A stretch of DNA of 64,000 bases from Alphaproteobacteria bacterium. GTDB lineage: Bacteria; Pseudomonadota; Alphaproteobacteria; UBA828. The notes beneath the pieces are model-generated. The model made no database searches and was not told where the DNA came from. It saw only the letters and a list, made by a program, of their open reading frames with translations. The stretch is taken from the NCBI GenBank assembly GCA_963422645.2, contig CAXXVO010000005.1, forward strand, positions 256,001 to 320,000, given 5' to 3'. The first letter of the stretch is position 1. The number at the start of each line of letters is the position of its first letter. A program made the translations under genes and the position numbers. Of this stretch, positions 30,358 through 43,641 are shown piece by piece.

Positions 30358-31305
30358 ATGACTGTCCCTGCAACGCTCGATACCGTTGCCGTCGTCGGTA
30401 ACGGCCTCGTCGGCCACGGCATGGCCCAGATCTTCGCGGCTGCGGGCCGCCGGGTCGTCATGATCGGCCGGCGCGAGGAGAGCCTCGGCGCGGCGATGGA
30501 GAGGATCGCGAAGAGCCTCGCCGCCTTCGAAGCACACGGGCTCGTCACGTCCGCCGAAGCGAGTGCCGCCCTGGGGCGCATCCGGGCCTCGACCGAACTC
30601 GAGGACGCGGCGGAGGCGCAGCTCGTCCTCGAGGCGGTTCCGGCCGAGCGCGCCGTCCAGGACGAGGTGTACGGGCGGCTCGACGCGATCTGCGCGCCGC
30701 CCGCCGTCTTCGCCTCCGGGAGCGGGCAACCCGCGAGCGAGCTTGTGTCGAACGTCACGCACCGCGGGCGCGTCGTCGCCGCCCACTTCTGGTACCCGCC
30801 GCAGCTCATCCCGCTCGTCGAGGTCTGCGCGGGACCGGAGACCGACCCGGACGTGGCGCCCTGGCTCTGCGACGTGCTGCGGGCAGCGGGCAAGGAGCCG
30901 GTGATCGTCGACAAGGAGGTTCCGGGCTTCATCGGCAACCGGCTCCAGTACGCGATCCTGCGCGAGGCCTGGGCGCTCTGGGCGGAGGGGGCGGCGTCGG
31001 CCGAGGCGATCGACACGGTGGTGAAGGCGTCCCTCGGGCGGCGTCTCGCGATCACCGGGCCCATCGAGTCCGCCGACGTGGGCGGCCTCGATACGCTGCA
31101 CGCGTTCGGCGCCTATCTCATCCCGCACCTGACGACGGGCTCCCAGCCCGCGTCGGCGGTGACCGCGCTGGTGGACGCCGGGCATCGCGGCCTGCCCTCG
31201 GGCCGGGGGGTGTACGACTGGAGCGGGCGCGACGGCCCGGCGCTGCTCGAGCGACGCGAGTCGGAGCTATTCCGTCACCTCGCCCGGGACAAGGCCGCGC
31301 GCTGA
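30358..31305 (+). CDS. 3-hydroxyacyl-CoA dehydrogenase family protein
   Basis: VVGNGLVGHG, AHFWYPPQLIPLVEV, PGFIGNRLQ and GPIESADVGGLD. Confidence 0.9.
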   Translation: MTVPATLDTVAVVGNGLVGHGMAQIFAAAGRRVVMIGRREESLGAAMERIAKSLAAFEAHGLVTSAEASAALGRIRASTELEDAAEAQLVLEAVPAERAVQDEVYGRLDAICAPPAVFASGSGQPASELVSNVTHRGRVVAAHFWYPPQLIPLVEVCAGPETDPDVAPWLCDVLRAAGKEPVIVDKEVPGFIGNRLQYAILREAWALWAEGAASAEAIDTVVKASLGRRLAITGPIESADVGGLDTLHAFGAYLIPHLTTGSQPASAVTALVDAGHRGLPSGRGVYDWSGRDGPALLERRESELFRHLARDKAAR

Positions 31306-31360
31306 GGCTGGAACCGACATGGCCACAGGGGGACGGACTGACGCTGGGGCGCGTCGGTCT

Positions 31361-31458
31361 TTGACGGACGCGCAAACAGGCCGCGACCGCGGCCCGCCGC
31401 TGATGCGGCGCGCCCGCGCAGGCGCCGGCCTCAGGCCGGCTGCCGTGAGCGACAAATG
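31361..31458. repeat. Dispersed ~100-bp intergenic repeat, copy 1
   Basis: Co-linear similarity with 40315-40410 (TTGACGGACGCGC..ACAGGCCGCGACCGCGGCCCGCCGCT...CAGGCCGGCT.CCGTGAGCGA.AAA). Confidence 0.85.
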
Positions 31459-31518
31459 GCCAGAGCGACACTGGCCGTGACATTGGCGAGACATGCGGGT
31501 TGGCCCGGCCCGCCGCGG

Positions 31519-31546
31519 TTGACCGGTGCGGCTAAGTCAGTAGTAT
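31519..31546 (+). promoter_or_regulatory. Putative gcv operon promoter
   Basis: TTGACC-16 bp-TAGTAT just upstream of the riboswitch. Confidence 0.4.
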
Positions 31547-31564
31547 TGCTGCACCGGTCTTGCA

Positions 31565-31770
31565 GATGAACCCCGCGGGAGAGTTCGCGTGGCCCGGCCG
31601 CGCGACGCCGAAGGAGCAAGCGTCCCGGAAACTCTCAGGCATCAGGGACCGCGGGGGGATGCAACTCTGGAAAGCAGGTGGCGCGCACCGCGCCGCCTCA
31701 CCGACGGGGTAAGCCGGCGGCAGGTCATCGGCCGCAGGGTTAATCTCTCAGGTTCCGAGACAGAGGGGGC
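31565..31770 (+). promoter_or_regulatory. Tandem glycine riboswitch
   Basis: GGGAGAG...CGCCGAAGGAGCAA...AAACTCTCAGG then CTCTGGAAAG...CACCGACGGGGTAA...AATCTCTCAGG...GACAGAGGGG, upstream of gcvT. Confidence 0.95.
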
Positions 31771-31827
31771 ACCGGACGATCCCGCACGGGATCGTTCACG
31801 GTCGACTCTGTTTGCCTGGGAGATGCC

Positions 31828-32946
31828 ATGAGTGACGACGCCGGCACCGACGCCCTCGCCCGGACTCCGCTCTTCATCGAGCATCGCGCCCTCGGCGCCA
31901 CGCTGGTGCCCTTCGCCGGCTATGCCATGCCGGTGCGCTACGGCCCCGGCATCATGGCGGAGCACACGCACACGCGCACCGCCGCCGGGCTCTTCGACGT
32001 CTCGCACATGGGCCAGCTGCGGCTTGCCGGCGACGGTGCCGCCCAGGCGCTGGAGCGCCTCGTGCCGGGCGATATCGCTGGCCTCGCCCCCTGGGCCATG
32101 CGTTACACCCAGTTCACCAACGAAGACGGCGGCATCCTCGACGACCTGCTTGTCACCCGCAGCGACGACGGGTTGATTCTCGTGGTAAACGCGTCCCGCA
32201 AGGACGAGGACATCGCCCATCTCGAACGCCGGCTCGATGCCGGCGTTGACTTGACGGTGCTCAGTGAGCGCGGCCTCATCGCGCTGCAGGGGCCGAAGGC
32301 GGCGGCGGTGCTGGAGCGCCACGCGCCGGGTTGCGCCGGGCTCGGCTTCATGACCGCCGGTTGGTTCACGGTGGGCGGCGCGGACGCGCTGATCTCACGC
32401 TCGGGCTACACCGGCGAAGACGGCTTCGAGATATCGCCGCCCGCAAACCAGACCGCGGCGATTTGGCGGCGGCTCATCGCCGATCCCGAGGTCGAGCCGG
32501 TAGGGCTCGGCGCCCGCGATTCGCTGCGCCTGGAGGCGGGGCTCTGCCTCTACGGCCACGACATCGACGAGACCACCACTCCGGTCCAGGCCGGGCTCGC
32601 CTGGTCGATCGGCAAGCGCCGCCGGCAGGAGGGCGGCTTCCCCGGTGCCCCGCGCATTCAGCATGAGCTGGCGGAAGGCCCCCGGCGCCGGCGCGTCGGC
32701 ATTCTGCCCGATGGCAAGGCCCCGGCGCGCGAAGGCACGGCGGTGCTGAACGCGGACGGCGGTGAAATCGGCATCGTCACCAGCGGCGGCTTCGGGCCGA
32801 GCGCGGGCGGCCCCGTCGCCATGGGCTACGTCGCGGCCGACGCCGCCGAGATCGGCAGACCGGTATCGCTCCTGGTGCGGGGCAAGCCCCGGCCGGCGAC
32901 CATCGTCAAGCTGCCCTTCGTCCCCCACAACTATCACCGAGGCTGA
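31828..32946 (+). CDS. gcvT: Glycine cleavage system aminomethyltransferase T
   Basis: [33 protein letters not shown] and [13 protein letters not shown]. Confidence 0.97.
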   Translation: MSDDAGTDALARTPLFIEHRALGATLVPFAGYAMPVRYGPGIMAEHTHTRTAAGLFDVSHMGQLRLAGDGAAQALERLVPGDIAGLAPWAMRYTQFTNEDGGILDDLLVTRSDDGLILVVNASRKDEDIAHLERRLDAGVDLTVLSERGLIALQGPKAAAVLERHAPGCAGLGFMTAGWFTVGGADALISRSGYTGEDGFEISPPANQTAAIWRRLIADPEVEPVGLGARDSLRLEAGLCLYGHDIDETTTPVQAGLAWSIGKRRRQEGGFPGAPRIQHELAEGPRRRRVGILPDGKAPAREGTAVLNADGGEIGIVTSGGFGPSAGGPVAMGYVAADAAEIGRPVSLLVRGKPRPATIVKLPFVPHNYHRG

Positions 32947-32959
32947 GTCGGAGGATTCC

Positions 32960-33343
32960 ATGAGCGGGCTCAAGTACAGCAAGGAACACGAGTGGGTGCT
33001 GGTGGATGGCAATGTCGCCACCGTCGGCATCTCCGACTACGCGCAGGATCAGCTCGGCGACGTGGTCTACGTCGAGCTGCCGGAGGTGGGCCGAAGGGTC
33101 GCCCAGAACGAGGAGGCCGCCGTGGTCGAATCGGTCAAGGCCGCGAGCGAGGTCTATGCGCCGGTCTCGGGCGAGGTGGTCGAGGTCAACCAGGCGCTGG
33201 AAGACGACCCCGCGCTCGTCAACGGCGACCCGACCGGCGAGGGCTGGTTCCTCAAGCTCCGGCTGAGCGCGCCCGGCGAGCTGGACGGGCTGATGGACGA
33301 GGCGGCCTACGCCGACTTCGTCGGCGGGCTCGGCGACGATTAG
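32960..33343 (+). CDS. gcvH: Glycine cleavage system H protein
   Basis: [15 protein letters not shown] and VESVKAASE (lipoyl lysine); GGAGG RBS. Confidence 0.97.
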   Translation: MSGLKYSKEHEWVLVDGNVATVGISDYAQDQLGDVVYVELPEVGRRVAQNEEAAVVESVKAASEVYAPVSGEVVEVNQALEDDPALVNGDPTGEGWFLKLRLSAPGELDGLMDEAAYADFVGGLGDD

Positions 33344-33369
33344 TTTCGTCGCTTGAATAGGCGACGAAA
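33344..33369. terminator. Stem-loop between gcvH and gcvP
   Basis: TTTCGTCGC-TTGAATAG-GCGACGAAA, perfect 9-bp stem. Confidence 0.5.
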
Positions 33370-33431
33370 AGGCATTTGCGGGACGCGGCACCCATAAGCC
33401 GACGTCCGCCGACAGGGAAGGAACGACCGCG

Positions 33432-36326
<2,895 letters not shown>

Positions 36327-36596
36327 CGGGCGCGCCTCTCGTTCGTCTTCCGTCGTCATCCCCTGTGGACACAAAACGACCGCGCCCCTAATATGCGCGG
36401 GGCGACGCAAGGGAGGTAACTCGTGGGATGCCGCCCCCGTCACCGCTGCTATGCTGCGTCACCGGGGGCGGGCTTCTTTAGTCTATCCTAACAGGTGGTT
36501 GCAACCACACCGCTTCCTCCTTTCCGTTGGTTTCGTCCGGCGCGGCTTGGTAGGGCCGTGTGCGCCGAGCGCTCGAAGTACTTTGGCGGCGGGGGA

Positions 36597-37421
36597 TCAA
36601 TACTCATCCTCCGCCGCTCTTGCCTTACCCGGTTGACCCTCGACGGTTATTGCCCCTTCGCCCTGATAAATGAGGTCGAAGCACGTAGCCGCAGCCTTTA
36701 GCCATGCTACGCGCCCCTCTATGGACCACACCGTGTTTGGGCTGGGAAGGGTTTGTAGCAAGCCCTCGACGAACGGATGTCGAGTTCCACCACCGCCGCC
36801 GTTTTCGGCACGCCTTGGTGGATCGTCAATTTCATTGGGCGGTTGCGGCGGCGGCGCTCCCTTATTCTCAGCGAAGCCGGGTTTCACCAATCGATTCCTG
36901 CCTTGGTTGAAATACCCGGCAGATTGCGCTGACCGCTCAAATGATGACCGAGCCTTTCCGGTCTGCTTTTGGGCAACGCCTAGAACATGGAACTCTCGTT
37001 CAAGTGCGGCGGCTGGAGGAAGAGAATTGCCGCGATACTTCTCAAACACGGCGCGGAATAGAGGTACCTCTAAGAACGCCTCCACCTTTGCCGCACTCGC
37101 CTGAGAAGAGTCCACGATCCTTAGACCAAGGTCGGTCAGCTTATGAACTCCATGAGATTGACTCTCAATCAGGCCAAACATTTTGGATGCGTAGACGCGC
37201 AGTCGATAGCTGCTGCTCTTTTGGCTTGATGAGAGCCAAGGGGCGAGCTGATCGTCTGCACACTCGCCGGCACTCACATTCTTGTGGATAGCGGAGGCTA
37301 GCTCCACCGCCTCATCCAGGGTCTGGTATGGGAAACCGATGCTGGACCGCTCTCGCTTGGTCTCGCTCCGTTCCGCTTTGGCTCCCGAGATGGGCTCTTG
37401 CCCTTGTGCCGAACCATCCAT
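36597..37421 (-). CDS. Hypothetical protein, lower GC, probable winged-helix N-terminal region
   Basis: 274-aa ORF with an AAAGG RBS; FGLIE...KLTDLGLRI wHTH-like wing; codon usage differs from the neighbours. Confidence 0.7.
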   Translation of the reverse strand: MDGSAQGQEPISGAKAERSETKRERSSIGFPYQTLDEAVELASAIHKNVSAGECADDQLAPWLSSSQKSSSYRLRVYASKMFGLIESQSHGVHKLTDLGLRIVDSSQASAAKVEAFLEVPLFRAVFEKYRGNSLPPAAALEREFHVLGVAQKQTGKARSSFERSAQSAGYFNQGRNRLVKPGFAENKGAPPPQPPNEIDDPPRRAENGGGGGTRHPFVEGLLQTLPSPNTVWSIEGRVAWLKAAATCFDLIYQGEGAITVEGQPGKARAAEDEY

Positions 37422-37574
37422 CTGGTTGCCGCCTTTCCGATCTAGTGGTTAGTGCCTCGGCTCAGCGTGCGACTCTATTGGATAGTGGCGGATAGCGCAA
37501 GCCCTGTTGAAGGGGTGCGGATAGGAATGTGGATATGACCGGATATGGCGCTCCCACCCGCCTTTGCGGGCGCC

Positions 37575-38129
37575 CTACCTGTTGGCGCCGGGGACCCAGA
37601 GGGTGTCGGTGGCGCCGTCGTCGTTGAGGTGGCGGGCGAGCACGAAGAGGTGGTCGGAAAGCCGGTTGGCGTAGATTACCGCCAGCGGATTGACCGGCTC
37701 CTGCTCAGCCAGCGCCGTGATCAGCCGCTCGGCGCGGCGGACCACCGTGCGCGCGAGGTGAAGGGCGGCCGCAGCCCGGCTGCCGCCGGGCAGGACGAAT
37801 GACTCGAGCGGCTTCAAGCGCTCGTTGAGGGCATCGATCTCGCTTTCCAGCCGGTCAATCTGCGACTGGACGATGCGCAAGCCTTCGTCGAGCGAGCCCG
37901 GCCGGCAGAGGTCCGCGCCGAGGTCGAAGAGGTCGTTCTGGATGCGCTCCAGCATCGCATCCGCCTCGCCCTCGGTCTCCAGCCGCGCGAGGCCGATCGC
38001 CGCGTTCGCCTCGTCCACCGTGCCGTAGGCCTCGACGCGGGCGTCGTGCTTCTTCACACGCGCGCCGCCGCCGAGCGAGGTCTCCCCCGCATCGCCGCCA
38101 CGGGTATAGATCTTGGTGAGTCGGACCAC
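37575..38129 (-). CDS. pduO: PduO-type cob(I)alamin adenosyltransferase
   Basis: KIYTRGGDAGET, YGTVDEANA, IQNDLFDLGADL, FVLPGG and NRLSDHLF. Confidence 0.93.
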   Translation of the reverse strand: MVRLTKIYTRGGDAGETSLGGGARVKKHDARVEAYGTVDEANAAIGLARLETEGEADAMLERIQNDLFDLGADLCRPGSLDEGLRIVQSQIDRLESEIDALNERLKPLESFVLPGGSRAAAALHLARTVVRRAERLITALAEQEPVNPLAVIYANRLSDHLFVLARHLNDDGATDTLWVPGANR

Positions 38130-38132
38130 GGC

Positions 38133-38327
38133 CTACTTCTGGACGACGAACACCAGGAGCGCGAGCAGCGCGATCGCCGCGAACTGGAGCCCGACCCGCC
38201 AGCGCATGAAATGGTTGCTCTTGCTGTTCTTGCCGCCGGAATACATGGCGCCGAGCCCCATCACGAGTGCGACCACGACCGCACCCATCAGGACGTAGAC
38301 GACGATTTCGAGAATTTCGGCCAGCAT
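38133..38327 (-). CDS. HIG1-domain twin-transmembrane small protein
   Basis: SNHFMRWRVGLQFAA; usual position upstream of pduO in Alphaproteobacteria. Confidence 0.85.
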   Translation of the reverse strand: MLAEILEIVVYVLMGAVVVALVMGLGAMYSGGKNSKSNHFMRWRVGLQFAAIALLALLVFVVQK

Positions 38328-38482
38328 GGCAGTCCTCGCGGCCCCCGGGCCGGCAATGAATCCGTCCCTCGGCAGGTTATAGCGCGTCCCGCCGGTGCTG
38401 CCCACGACCTTCGCGCATGGTTGGCCCTATAGTGACCGGAACCCTTATCCGAGAGAGAAAGCGAGAGAGGAGCGAACAAGCC

Positions 38483-39511
38483 ATGGCGGACACCAACTGG
38501 CGCAATCGCAAGACCCTGATTCTCAGCCGCAGCGAAATGGTCGGCCTGCTCGAGCCTGAGGAGTATGTCCGCTGCGTGGAGACAGCCTTCCGGCGCATGG
38601 GGGAAGGCCGCGTCTACATGGAGCCTAAGGGTCATATCGTGCTGGACAAGTATCCGGGCGAGTGGGAGATCATGCCCTCCTACATCGAGGAGCCGGAGGC
38701 CGCACCCGCCGCCGCGTGCAAGTGGGTCTCCATCCGTTTCGAGAACCGCGCCAGGTTCAATCTCCCCACCGTGTTCTCGATCCTGATCTACACCGAGCCC
38801 GAGACCGGCTTCCCGCTCGCCATCGTGGACGGCACCCATCACACCCTGATGCGCACCGGCGCGTCCGGCGCAGTCTCCGCGAGATGGATGGCGCGCGAGG
38901 GCTCCTCCGTCCTTGCCCTGGTCGGCGCCGGCGACGTGAACACCGGCGCCTTCCGCACCTGCGTCGCCACGCATGACTGGAAGGAGGTTCGGGTCTGGAG
39001 CCGGACCCAGGCGACGCTGGATGCGTTCATGGCGAGCGAGCAGCCAAACCATCCCGATCTCGTGATCAAGCCGTCCACCCTTCTCCAAGATGTCGTGCCG
39101 GGCGCCGATGTCGTCGTCACCGGGACGACAGGCGAGACGCCGGTCCTCGGCAACGAACTGATCGAGGACGGCATGCACATCGCAGCCCTCGGCGGCGGTC
39201 TTGCGGGCACGCAGGAGCTCGATGTCGCGATCCTGCAGCGCTCTCGAATCATCGTCGACGACATGCGCCAGTGCGTCACCGACGGCGAGATCAACGTGCC
39301 GCTGACCAAGGGCGAGCTGCGGGAGAGCGACGTGGCGGGCGATATCGGCGAGGTGATCACGGGCAAGATCCCTGGGCGCACGTCTGCGAGCGAGGTCACG
39401 CTCTTCGATTCGACGGGAATCGCGCTCCAGGATTCCGCGACTCTGCCGCTCGAATACGAACGCGCCATCGCGGCAGGCGTGGGCATCGAAAAGAAGATGA
39501 TTTCGACGTGA
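38483..39511 (+). CDS. Ornithine cyclodeaminase / mu-crystallin family protein
   Basis: KWVS, TLMRTGASGA, VGAG and LFDSTGIALQD. Confidence 0.9.
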   Translation: MADTNWRNRKTLILSRSEMVGLLEPEEYVRCVETAFRRMGEGRVYMEPKGHIVLDKYPGEWEIMPSYIEEPEAAPAAACKWVSIRFENRARFNLPTVFSILIYTEPETGFPLAIVDGTHHTLMRTGASGAVSARWMAREGSSVLALVGAGDVNTGAFRTCVATHDWKEVRVWSRTQATLDAFMASEQPNHPDLVIKPSTLLQDVVPGADVVVTGTTGETPVLGNELIEDGMHIAALGGGLAGTQELDVAILQRSRIIVDDMRQCVTDGEINVPLTKGELRESDVAGDIGEVITGKIPGRTSASEVTLFDSTGIALQDSATLPLEYERAIAAGVGIEKKMIST

Positions 39512-39632
39512 GCGCGGCGGGAGCGGCAGCCCGTTCGGTAACGGGTCTCGATCGCACCGGCCGCGCCTTGTGCCGGGCGAAGCGCGCCGCCATGATCCGC
39601 GCGTCTTTCAACAGGCTTGGCGGGGAGAGAGC

Positions 39633-40289
39633 GTGAGTGCCCTGACGGGACCGGAACGGCCGCCGGCGGGCGGCGGTCAGCCGCGCAAGCTGGTCCTGCT
39701 ACTGCATGGCCTCGGTGCCGACGGCAACGACCTGATCGGCCTCGCCGAGCCCTGGGGGCGGCTCGTGCCTCACGCCTGCTTCGCCGCGCCGGACGCGCCG
39801 GAGCCCTGCGACATGGCACCCACGGGGCGCCAGTGGTTCAGCCTGAGCGACCGTTCGCCCGAGAGCATGGCCGACGGCGTCGCCCGCGCAGCAGACGCGC
39901 TCAACGCCGATATCGACGCGCGGCTCGCGGCGCTCGGGCTCGGCGAGCAGGATCTCGCACTGGTGGGCTTCAGCCAGGGCACGATGATGTCGCTCCACGT
40001 CGCCTACCGCCGCGCCGCACCCTGCGCGGGCGTGTTGGGTTTCTCCGGCCGCCTCGTGGGCGGTGAGCACCTGAAGAGCGCGCTGCGCGCCAGGCCGCCG
40101 GCCTTGCTGATTCATGGCGACGCGGACGATTTGGTGCCCGTGGGCGCGCTCTTCGAGGCGGCGACCCTCCTCGGCGCCTGCGACGTGCCGGTGCAATGGC
40201 ACGTGAGCCGGGGCATCGGCCACGGCATCGCGCAGGACGGGCTGGAGTTCGGCGGACGCTTCCTCCGCGACATCCTGGGCGAAGGCTGA
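39633..40289 (+). CDS. Phospholipase/carboxylesterase (alpha/beta hydrolase)
   Basis: LLHGLGADGNDL, GFSQG, IHGDADDLVP and GHGI. Confidence 0.9.
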   Translation: MSALTGPERPPAGGGQPRKLVLLLHGLGADGNDLIGLAEPWGRLVPHACFAAPDAPEPCDMAPTGRQWFSLSDRSPESMADGVARAADALNADIDARLAALGLGEQDLALVGFSQGTMMSLHVAYRRAAPCAGVLGFSGRLVGGEHLKSALRARPPALLIHGDADDLVPVGALFEAATLLGACDVPVQWHVSRGIGHGIAQDGLEFGGRFLRDILGEG

Positions 40290-40297
40290 ACGCCGCG

Positions 40298-40443
40298 CTG
40301 GAGCGTGTCCGTCGTTGACGGACGCGCGACAGGCCGCGACCGCGGCCCGCCGCTTTGCGGCGCCCTCGCGGAGGTGCCGGCCGCAGGCCGGCTACCGTGA
40401 GCGATAAAGTGAGTGAGCGTTTCCGGGTGAAACGGAAACGCTC
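40298..40443. repeat. Dispersed intergenic repeat copy 2, bracketed by GAGCGT hairpins (RIME/Bru-RS-like)
   Basis: Hairpins GAGCGTGTCCGTCGTTGACGGACGCGC and GAGCGTTTCCG-GGTGAAA-CGGAAACGCTC between convergent genes. Confidence 0.8.
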
Positions 40444-40450
40444 GACGGCC

Positions 40451-41692
40451 TCAGTCGAGGCCGATGTCGCTCTCTCGCAATGCCGAGACCGCCTCGTCAT
40501 CGAGGTCGAGCCAGTCGCGCAGGACCGTATCAGCGTCCTCGCCCAGCATCGGAGCCGCGCGCGGATAGTCGACCGGCGTCTCCGAGAACTTGATCGGGTT
40601 GGCGGGGTAGTCCACCTCGACGCCGAGGCTGTGCGGGATGCTCACCTTCATGCCGCGGGCCTCGACTTGCGGGTTGGCGAAGACCCGGTCGAGGGTGTTG
40701 ATCGGCCCGCAGGGCACACCCACTGGCTCCAGCACCGCGCTCCACTCGTCCATGGTGCGCTCGCGGGTGATGTCGTTCAGCGTGGCGATCAGCTCCACGC
40801 GGTTCTGCAGCCGGCCGATATTGGTCGCGAAGCGGGGGTCGTCGGGAATCTCCGGGTGGCCGGCCACGTCGCAGAACTTGCGAAGCTGGCTGTTGTTGCC
40901 GATGGCGAGCGCAAAGAACCCGTCGCGGGTGGGGAAGACCCCGTAAGGCACGATGTTCTGATGCTCGTTGCCGGCGCGCCCCGGCGCCTCGCCCCCGATC
41001 AGGTAGTTCATGGCCTGGTTGGCGAGCCACGCCACTTGCGTGTCGAGCAGCGCGAGGTCGATATGCTGGCCGCGCCCAGTGCGCTCGCGGCTGGCATGCG
41101 CGGCGAGGATCGCGGTCGCCGCGTACATGCCGGTCATCAGGTCGGCGGCGGCGACGCCCACCTTCTGCGGGCCGCCGCCGGGCAGGTCGTCACGCTCGCC
41201 GGTGATGCTCATGATCCCGCCCATGGCCTGGGCGATCAGATCGTAGCCGGTGCGGTGCGCATAGGGCCCCGACTGGCCGAAGCCCGTGATCGAGCAGTAG
41301 ATGAGGCGTGGATTGACGTCGCTGAGCGAGGCATAGTCGAGGCCGTACTTGGCGAGCCCGCCCACCTTATAGTTCTCGATCAGGACATCCGCGCATTCGA
41401 CGAGCCGCTTCACCACGGCCTGCCCCTCGGGCGCGGCGAAGTCGAGGGTGATCGAGCGCTTCCCCCGGTTGGCGGACATGTAATAGGCGGCATCGGTGGT
41501 CTCGGCCCCCGAAGCGTCGCGCAGGAAGGGCGGCCCCCAGCCGCGCGTGTCGTCGCCCACGCCGGGCCGCTCGACCTTGACCACGTCGGCGCCGAAATCG
41601 GCCAGCAACTGGCCCGCCCAGGGGCCCGCGAGGATGCGGCTCAAGTCGAGCACCTTGAGGCCCGCGAGCGGGCCGGATCTGTCTTGATTCAT
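40451..41692 (-). CDS. CaiB/BaiF family III CoA-transferase
   Basis: LDLSRILAGP, GDDTRGWGPP, NRGKRS, SITGFGQSGP and GYD. Confidence 0.95.
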   Translation of the reverse strand: MNQDRSGPLAGLKVLDLSRILAGPWAGQLLADFGADVVKVERPGVGDDTRGWGPPFLRDASGAETTDAAYYMSANRGKRSITLDFAAPEGQAVVKRLVECADVLIENYKVGGLAKYGLDYASLSDVNPRLIYCSITGFGQSGPYAHRTGYDLIAQAMGGIMSITGERDDLPGGGPQKVGVAAADLMTGMYAATAILAAHASRERTGRGQHIDLALLDTQVAWLANQAMNYLIGGEAPGRAGNEHQNIVPYGVFPTRDGFFALAIGNNSQLRKFCDVAGHPEIPDDPRFATNIGRLQNRVELIATLNDITRERTMDEWSAVLEPVGVPCGPINTLDRVFANPQVEARGMKVSIPHSLGVEVDYPANPIKFSETPVDYPRAAPMLGEDADTVLRDWLDLDDEAVSALRESDIGLD

Positions 41693-41701
41693 GGATGCTA
41701 C

Positions 41702-42265
41702 CTAGTCTCGGTCAGCGCCGCCCGCGAAACTCTCCAGCGCTTGGAGGTTCTCCCGCGTGGTGTTGTCGAGGGCGATGCCATGAGCGTCCGCCGCGCGGGC
41801 GGCGCGGTGCACGATCCGCTCGAACCCCTCGATCTGCGAATCGATCCTGAGGCTCCGGCGCCCGGCCTTGAGGGTGAGCTGCATCCAGCCGCGATCGCGG
41901 TTTCGCCTGGTGGAGTAGTAGCCGAGGGTGCAGCGGGTCAGCCGCTCCCACGGCAGGTGCCGGCGAAGGACGCCGTGCACGGTGATGCCGTCCTCGCCCA
42001 CGCTGAGCCATGTGCGGTGCCTGAGCACAGTGCGGACACCGTAAACGGCAAAGAGCGCGGCGAGCGCGCTGAGAATCCACGCCGCGGGGCCCGACGGCGC
42101 CGTGCCCGCCATCGGGCCTACGGTGAAGAGCAGGCCGAGGCCCGAATAGAAATAGTCGAGCAGGACCGCGCGTGGCGGGTAGCGGTGGCGGCTCTCGCCC
42201 GCCTCCGCCGCCTGAGGGCTGTCGGACGCGCTCTCGGGCAGGGCCTCGTGCACAGGCGCGCTCAC
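41702..42265 (-). CDS. Hypothetical membrane protein
   Basis: GTGA overlap with the ligase stop; two hydrophobic helices followed by YYSTRR...GWMQL. Confidence 0.65.
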   Translation of the reverse strand: MSAPVHEALPESASDSPQAAEAGESRHRYPPRAVLLDYFYSGLGLLFTVGPMAGTAPSGPAAWILSALAALFAVYGVRTVLRHRTWLSVGEDGITVHGVLRRHLPWERLTRCTLGYYSTRRNRDRGWMQLTLKAGRRSLRIDSQIEGFERIVHRAARAADAHGIALDNTTRENLQALESFAGGADRD

Positions 42266-43641
42266 CGGGAGGACCCCAGCCGCTCGCGCCTGATGCGCAC
42301 GCCTGCGGCCTCGCGGTCCCAACTGTCCGCCGTGATGCCCTCTGCGCGCAGCCTGTGCTTCTCGATCTTCTCGGTCGGCGTCTTGGGCAGGACGTCGACA
42401 ATGCGCACGTAGCGCGGAATCATGAAGTGGGCGAGGCGCGGCTCGAGGAATTCCAGCAGCGCTGCCGGGTCGAGCTCCTGCCCCGGCTGCAGCGCGACCA
42501 CCGCCATGACCTCGTCCTCGCCGAGCTCGCTCGGCACCGGCACCGACGCGGCCTCGCGCACCGCCGGGTGCGCCGCAACCTCGGTCTCCACCTCCAGGGA
42601 CGAGATGTTCTCGCCGCGCCGGCGGATCGTGTCCTTCAGGCGGTCGACGAAGTAGAGGTTGCCGTCCTCGTCCACGCGGCCGGCATCGCCGGTGTGGAAC
42701 CAGCCGTTGCGCCACGCCCGCGCGGTCGCCTCCGGCTCCTTGTAGTATCCGTGGTTGATCGCCCACGGGGTGTCCGCCCGCACCACGATCTCGCCGACCG
42801 CGCCCGTCGGCACCTCGCAGTCGTTGGCATCGACCACGCGAAGCTCGCAGCCCGGCCGCACCCGCCCCGCGCTCCCCGGCACGGTCATGGGCACGGTCGT
42901 CATCACCGGGCAGCAGAGCTCGGTCATGTTGTAGATCGAATAGACCTCCAGGCCGAAGCGCTCCATGAACGCGTCTACATCGTTCACCAGCGGCACCATG
43001 CCGACCGTGCGCAAGGGATGATCGCGGTCGTCCGGTCTGGGCGGCTCCTTCTCCAGGAACTGCGCCATGACGCCCAGCAGGAACACCGAGGTGACCCCGG
43101 TGCGGCGCACGGTGTCCCAGAACGCCTGCGTCTTGAAATGCTCGACCAGCGTGATCGAGGCATGCTGGCAGAGCATGGCGTAGGCGATGGTCGCGCCGCC
43201 GAGGTGGAAGAGCGGCAGGCTGATGAGGTAGCGGTCCTCCGGCGTGATGAACCGCCAGGTGTCGGGCCCGAAATTCGAGAACGCGTGGCAGTAGGAGCTG
43301 AGCACCGCCTTCGACGGCCCCGTGGTGCCGGAGGTGAAGATGATCGATTGCGTGTCCCAGGGCTCGATCGGCCGCTCCAGCGGGCCGAGCGACCCGCCCT
43401 CAGGGTGAAGCGCCGCCTCGTCCAGGACCCTGAGGTCGTCGATGGCGGGCGGTAGGCCGCCGACGGCCACCAGGGTCTCCAGGCTGGCGCGTCCGATGCT
43501 GACGAGCCTCGGCGCGAGCTCCGCGTGGGCAACCATGATGCTGGCGTCGGAGCGCGCCACCACGTGCTCCAGCACCCGGCCCTTGTAGGCCGTGTTGATG
43601 GGCACGTAGACGGCGCCCAGATAGTTCGAGCCCAGGAAGAC

